From contig JAQUNI010000001.1 in the NCBI GenBank assembly GCA_028717685.1, forward strand, positions 143,451 to 207,450: a stretch of DNA of 64,000 nt. The letters run 5' to 3'. Within the stretch, counting starts at the first letter, position 1, and each line of letters starts with the position of its first letter. The translations under genes and the position numbers were made by a program. Shown here one piece after another: positions 60,150-64,000 of the stretch. Origin of the DNA: Patescibacteria group bacterium. GTDB taxonomy: Bacteria > Patescibacteriota > JAQUNI01. The notes beneath the pieces were generated by a model, which saw only the letters and a program-made list of their open reading frames with translations, searched no databases and had not been told where the DNA came from.

Positions 60150-61085
60150 TTAGCCAACAATTTTTTCCGCGACGCGCAAAAGTGCGCTTCGCGATCGTGG
60201 ATTTTGTTTAATCTCTCTAATTTCTGGCTTAGTTGGTTTTTTATTTAAAATTTTGATTTGCGACAAATGGCCACAAATGCATTGCGGCACTTCTGGCGGA
60301 CAAAGACAGCCGCGGCTCTCGGTGCGGAAAAAATTTTTCACTATTCTATCCTCCAAAGAATGAAAAGAGATAATCACGAACCTTCCTCCCCGCTCTAAAA
60401 TCTCTAAAGACTGCGGCAGCACTATGCGCAGATTTTCTAATTCATTATTCACGGCGATTCTCAAGGCTTGAAAAATCTTGGTTGCCGGATGAATCCTGCC
60501 TTTTTGAAAAGATGCCACTTTCAAAATAATCTTAACTAAATCTTGTGTTGTTCCTATCTTCTGCGCTTTGCGTGCTTCTACAATCAGACGGGCAATTTCG
60601 CGCGCTTTCCGCTCTTCTCCATATACGCGCAAAATCCGCGCCAAATCTTCTTCATTATAATGATTCACGATATAAGCGGCGGTAATCCCCGTCTCTTCGC
60701 CATGCCGCATATCTAATGGCTCATCTTTCAAAAACGAAAAGCCACGGTCTGAAGACTCAAGTTCAAGAGAAGATAGACCCAAATCCAGCAACACACCTTG
60801 CGCATTTTTAAAATGATGCTCCTCTACAACTTTTTTTAAATCGGCAAAGTTACCCTGGACCAAAACGGCGCGCCCGCCAAATTCTTTTAGATTCTCGCGC
60901 GCGATTTTGATACTCGCCGCGCTCCAATCAATACCAAGTAATTTTCCCTCCGGGCCAGTGCGCTCTAAAATAGCTCGCGCGTGGCCCGCTCCCCCTATGG
61001 TGCAGTCAATGAAGTTTTGATTGGATTTTGGATTTAAATATTTAATTACTTCCTCTAATAAAACTGGTGTATGAACTATATTCAT
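60150..61085 (-). CDS. rsmH: 16S rRNA m4C1402 methyltransferase
   Basis: HTPVLLEE, DCTIGGAGHA, DLGLSS, PLDMR, ISFHSLEDRIVK, NPRSRSA. Confidence 0.97.
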   Translation of the reverse strand: MNIVHTPVLLEEVIKYLNPKSNQNFIDCTIGGAGHARAILERTGPEGKLLGIDWSAASIKIARENLKEFGGRAVLVQGNFADLKKVVEEHHFKNAQGVLLDLGLSSLELESSDRGFSFLKDEPLDMRHGEETGITAAYIVNHYNEEDLARILRVYGEERKAREIARLIVEARKAQKIGTTQDLVKIILKVASFQKGRIHPATKIFQALRIAVNNELENLRIVLPQSLEILERGGRFVIISFHSLEDRIVKNFFRTESRGCLCPPEVPQCICGHLSQIKILNKKPTKPEIREIKQNPRSRSALLRVAEKIVG

Positions 61086-61094
61086 CTTGAGGAC

Positions 61095-61258
61095 AATTTT
61101 TAATTTCTAATTTTCAATTTTCATTAAATTTCTATTTACTTAATTTTTAAACAAATAAAGATCAAACTCTCATAATCTGCTTACCGTAAAATCTAAGGGT
61201 TTAGAAATTATTTCATTAAAAAATTTAATAGAAATTAGAAATTGAAAATTAGAAATTA
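61095..61258. repeat. Family A element, copy A7
   Basis: AATTTTTAATTTCTAATTTTCAATTTTCATTAAAT...AAAC / GTTTAGAAATT...AATTAGAAATT, abutting the mraZ stop. Confidence 0.85.
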
Positions 61259-61687
61259 TACTCCTAATTCTCCCATCGCCTCCGCGATCTCGGTTGAGTC
61301 TTTCTCTGTCACTGCCTTGTATTTATTCCAAAGCTCTGCGTCCCAAATTTCCAAACGGTTATACAGACCGGCGATGACGGCTTGTTTCCCAAGCCGCGCG
61401 TAGCGGCGCAAATAATCCGGGATCAGAACCCGCCCCTGCTTATCCATTTTGACGTCCATCGCGCCGGCAAGCATCAGGCGGCTGAACGCGCGCGACTTTG
61501 CTTGGCTTATAGGGAGGCTCGCCAACTTCTCGGCAAGTTTCGTCCATTCTTCTTGACCGTACAAAAAGAGACAATTATCAAGACCTCGCGTCACCACGGC
61601 TCCGCTTGCTAACTTTTTCCGAAATTTTGCTGGGACAGCCAAACGACCCTTAGTATCTAAACTATGACTGTATTCGCCGATAAACAT
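61256..61687 (-). CDS. mraZ: Transcriptional regulator MraZ
   Basis: MFIGEYSHSLDTKGRLAVP, DKQGRVLIP; true start at 61687. Confidence 0.97.
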   Translation of the reverse strand: MFIGEYSHSLDTKGRLAVPAKFRKKLASGAVVTRGLDNCLFLYGQEEWTKLAEKLASLPISQAKSRAFSRLMLAGAMDVKMDKQGRVLIPDYLRRYARLGKQAVIAGLYNRLEIWDAELWNKYKAVTEKDSTEIAEAMGELGV

Positions 61688-61769
61688 TATAAAACAACTG
61701 ACCCCAAATATTTTGGCTTTCCTTTTTTGGCGAGCGCAAAATACTTCGGATCTCCCCCTATATACTCTC

Positions 61770-61814
61770 GTCATTGCGAGGAATCCGCCCTCAAGCGGAC
61801 GACGAAGCAATCTC
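61770..61814. repeat. GTCATTGCGAG...GAAGCAATCTC palindromic element
   Basis: GTCATTGCGAGGAATCCGCCCTCAAGCGGACGACGAAGCAATCTC in the mraZ leader. Confidence 0.65.
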
Positions 61815-61870
61815 CTCGCATGAAAGTCTATTTAGTTAAATTTTTATATTTTTATTCTTAAGTGGGTTTA

Positions 61871-61955
61871 TCCACCTTTGACCTGACTTTTCCCCACTTT
61901 TGTCCACAGTTCCCCACAACAAAGTTATTATACACCATTTTAATGTTCCCGCCAA
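61871..61955 (-). promoter_or_regulatory. dcw promoter with MraZ-binding GTGG direct repeats
   Basis: Minus strand TTGGCG-N17-TATAAT, then GTGGGG-N4-GTGGAC-N4-GTGGGG (10-nt period). Confidence 0.8.
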
Positions 61956-62130
61956 CCATTGCAAACCACTCTTCCTTTTGGCTTATTTAAAAGAAAAAAT
62001 AAGATAATCTCAAAATTTATCCACAGTTTTTTAAAACCCTCCCCCTGCCCGAGGGGGAGATGGAGGGGGTGGGAGCTTCAGAACCCCACCTTACCTCCCC
62101 TTTGAAAGGGGAGGGTTCAATCTTATAATT

Positions 62131-62786
62131 GTTGGCTCCATAGTCCTGAGTGTGAACGAAGGCTGTGGAGCCAACGAACAAAAAATTTTTCCAAATAAAA
62201 AATCCTCACCAATCTGCGAAAGGACTATTCCCCCACCTTTTAATAAAAAGGCGAAGGGGAGGAGAGAGATTTTTTCTGCGTCCAAAAAGGACACAGAAAG
62301 TCCATTCGCAGGTTGGTGAGGACAAGATGTTAGCTCCGGCAAGAGAGGTGGTGTTTCCGTATAATTTACGTTTTTGAAACCATAAATGGTAAATTCCAGG
62401 ATTTTTTAAACACACCTTCAAACCGTTAAATGAGCTTGCTTGGAAATCTTGATTTGATTCTCAAACAAGCTTGCTCAAAAAAAATTGAAGGAATGGATAA
62501 ACAGACGAATTATACAGATCATTTCGTTTATCCATTCCTCCTGCAGATAGATTTTGGTTTACCACCAAAAATTTATCTGCCTTGTTTTCTCTATCACTCC
62601 GCCTTTATAGGCGAAATATAGAGTAAATAAAAATGCCAAACATGCCACCACAATAATCACCTCCTCTTACAGTTAGTTTTACTACTCAACAACCGAAACT
62701 TTATTGACAGACCTCAACTAAATCTTGGAAATTTTTCCAAAGCTTGGTTGAAGGACTGACGCGAAGAAAAAAATGTGCATCAGTCC
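62131..62786 (+). ncRNA. Candidate large structured RNA (chain of about 9 hairpins)
   Basis: Consecutive stems with G-U pairs on the plus strand; no credible ORF; no known family recognised. Confidence 0.4.
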
Positions 62787-62798
62787 GGGTACTTTATC

Positions 62799-63347
62799 CT
62801 ACGCTTGGGCAAAAATGATGGCAGGTCTCCGCTCATAGACCCAACCGCTTCTTACCCTAGAAAGATCGTCCGGGTTTACCTCATGGACATATTGCCCGTC
62901 TGAAGTTGAAACCATATATATCTTCAGCTCTTTGAGCTTTTCGATGTCTCCATCCTCAAGCTTGTAGTATTTTTCCCTATACGCCATGGAAGAATAATCC
63001 GATTCCTTGTCTAAGAATTCGGCAATCTTCTCTTTTTGTACATCAGGCGTGGAATAAACTTCTATCCTGTTGTTATCATGCCTATCTCTCCAATACGGAG
63101 TTGATATACTATAGAGATACACCCTATATCTAAGCACTAGCTTGCCCTTGTCGGGCGAATACCACAATTTCCCCATATCAGTAGCATGTGGGGCGGCATG
63201 GAATGCATTGAACTCATACGAATCCTTGTCGACAGTCTGCTCAATAAGATAACTTTTACATTCCTCCCAGCTATGATCAGAATGTATAGTTTTTGATGAC
63301 GGGTTAAGAGCGTCCTCGACATAATGTGAATAAATCCCAACAATCAT
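62799..63347 (-). CDS. Hypothetical protein
   Basis: 182-aa ORF with GAGGAG RBS. Confidence 0.65.
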   Translation of the reverse strand: MIVGIYSHYVEDALNPSSKTIHSDHSWEECKSYLIEQTVDKDSYEFNAFHAAPHATDMGKLWYSPDKGKLVLRYRVYLYSISTPYWRDRHDNNRIEVYSTPDVQKEKIAEFLDKESDYSSMAYREKYYKLEDGDIEKLKELKIYMVSTSDGQYVHEVNPDDLSRVRSGWVYERRPAIIFAQA

Positions 63348-63477
63348 TTCTTTTCTCCTCGGTCATTTCTGACCTTTCAAAAACCTTAAACCTTTTCTTT
63401 CTTCCACCCCGTGAAAAGCCATACCTTCAAATCAGGCCATTACCCTCTTTCTGGCAGGGACGGAAAGATAAAATTAA

Positions 63478-64000
63478 GGGCAAATATTAATCGCTCCAAG
63501 CGACCAAGGTGGGGCAAAGACTTTCCCCCTGACAAGGGGGAATAAGAAGGGGGTTATAACCCCTCCTGCACCTCCCCTTGTCAGGGGAGGAATCTTTTTT
63601 CGCCGCACTTTGGTTGCTTGGAAATAATATTTGGTTTTAAAGAACACACAACCCCTCTTTTATCTCCCCTTATCAGGGGAGAAACTCTTAACTAGGACGA
63701 TGTAGACGAGAAACAGGCGTAATAAATATTTTGGCCCTCTCCTCTACATCGTTCTATTTACTATGAACCCAATGTGGTTCATAACTAAACTGCACCCAAC
63801 GTAGCATAGATCGTCTTCTTATTAACGAGAAAGAATTCATACTTCTAAGTCTCTTTCTCCCTTCCTTGCAATAACATTTGGAAAGAAACTTGGAAGTGAG
63901 GACCAGTATTTCTCTGGTCCGAAAGTTTAGCTTAGCGCAAGCCTGCCTGATGCCACACGGCATCTCTCCCAAAGTTACCGGGGTCTAGTATTTGACCCCC
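63478..64000 (+). other. Hairpin-dense non-coding region (continues beyond the window)
   Basis: Long stem 63481-63632 enclosing REP-like palindromes; further stems near 63694, 63763, 63899, 63950 and 63980. Confidence 0.5.

Noticed and set aside
61688-61810. N-terminal extension of MraZ in the ORF track
   Set aside because: It is a translation of a palindromic element and leader; the conserved start is MFIGEY at 61687
61860-62030. oriC
   Set aside because: Only one perfect and a couple of near DnaA boxes, partly explained by MraZ boxes; no dnaA/dnaN nearby and no clear strand switch visible
62296-62303. RNase P RNA (GAAAGTCC)
   Set aside because: Lacks the GAGGAAAGTCC context and the 3' P4 partner motif
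62091-62621. ORFs 62091, 62165, 62206 and 62430
   Set aside because: Short, mutually overlapping, no recognisable motifs; the region is better explained by base-paired structure

Overview
A 64-kb chromosomal segment from a reduced-genome bacterium. The gene set points to Patescibacteria/CPR (inference: short HrcA, GAD-less AspRS, DUF4012 protein, SD-less housekeeping genes). Almost all genes are on the minus strand: 5' part of secA, hpf, a split dcw cluster (mraZ-rsmH-ftsL-ftsI-murF on the right, ftsW-murG-murC-murB on the left), pfkB-gpmI-eno, a surface-glycan locus, scpA/ybaK/aspS, a 1314-aa membrane-anchored fibre-like protein with a 7-repeat propeller and an S74 chaperone domain, an FG-GAP L,D-transpeptidase, a complete Na+-type V/A-ATPase operon, the hrcA-grpE-hsp20-dnaK...dnaJ locus with two CIRCEs, tRNA-Lys(UUU), tRNA-Glu(CUC) and scattered orphans. 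The most striking content is non-coding. (1) Most intra-operon junctions hold miniature ORF-less elements whose inverted arms are built from 7-9-nt periodic units. Several families recur in both orientations, nest GC-rich palindromes, and also appear in frame inside proteins (MurC, MurG, V-ATPase B, GrpE, O-antigen ligase, L,D-transpeptidase, the fibre protein). (2) The last ~2 kb is an almost continuous chain of hairpins whose G-U pairs favour the plus strand, a candidate large structured RNA. No transposase, integrase, reverse transcriptase or CRISPR array was seen. All alignments and folds were done by eye.
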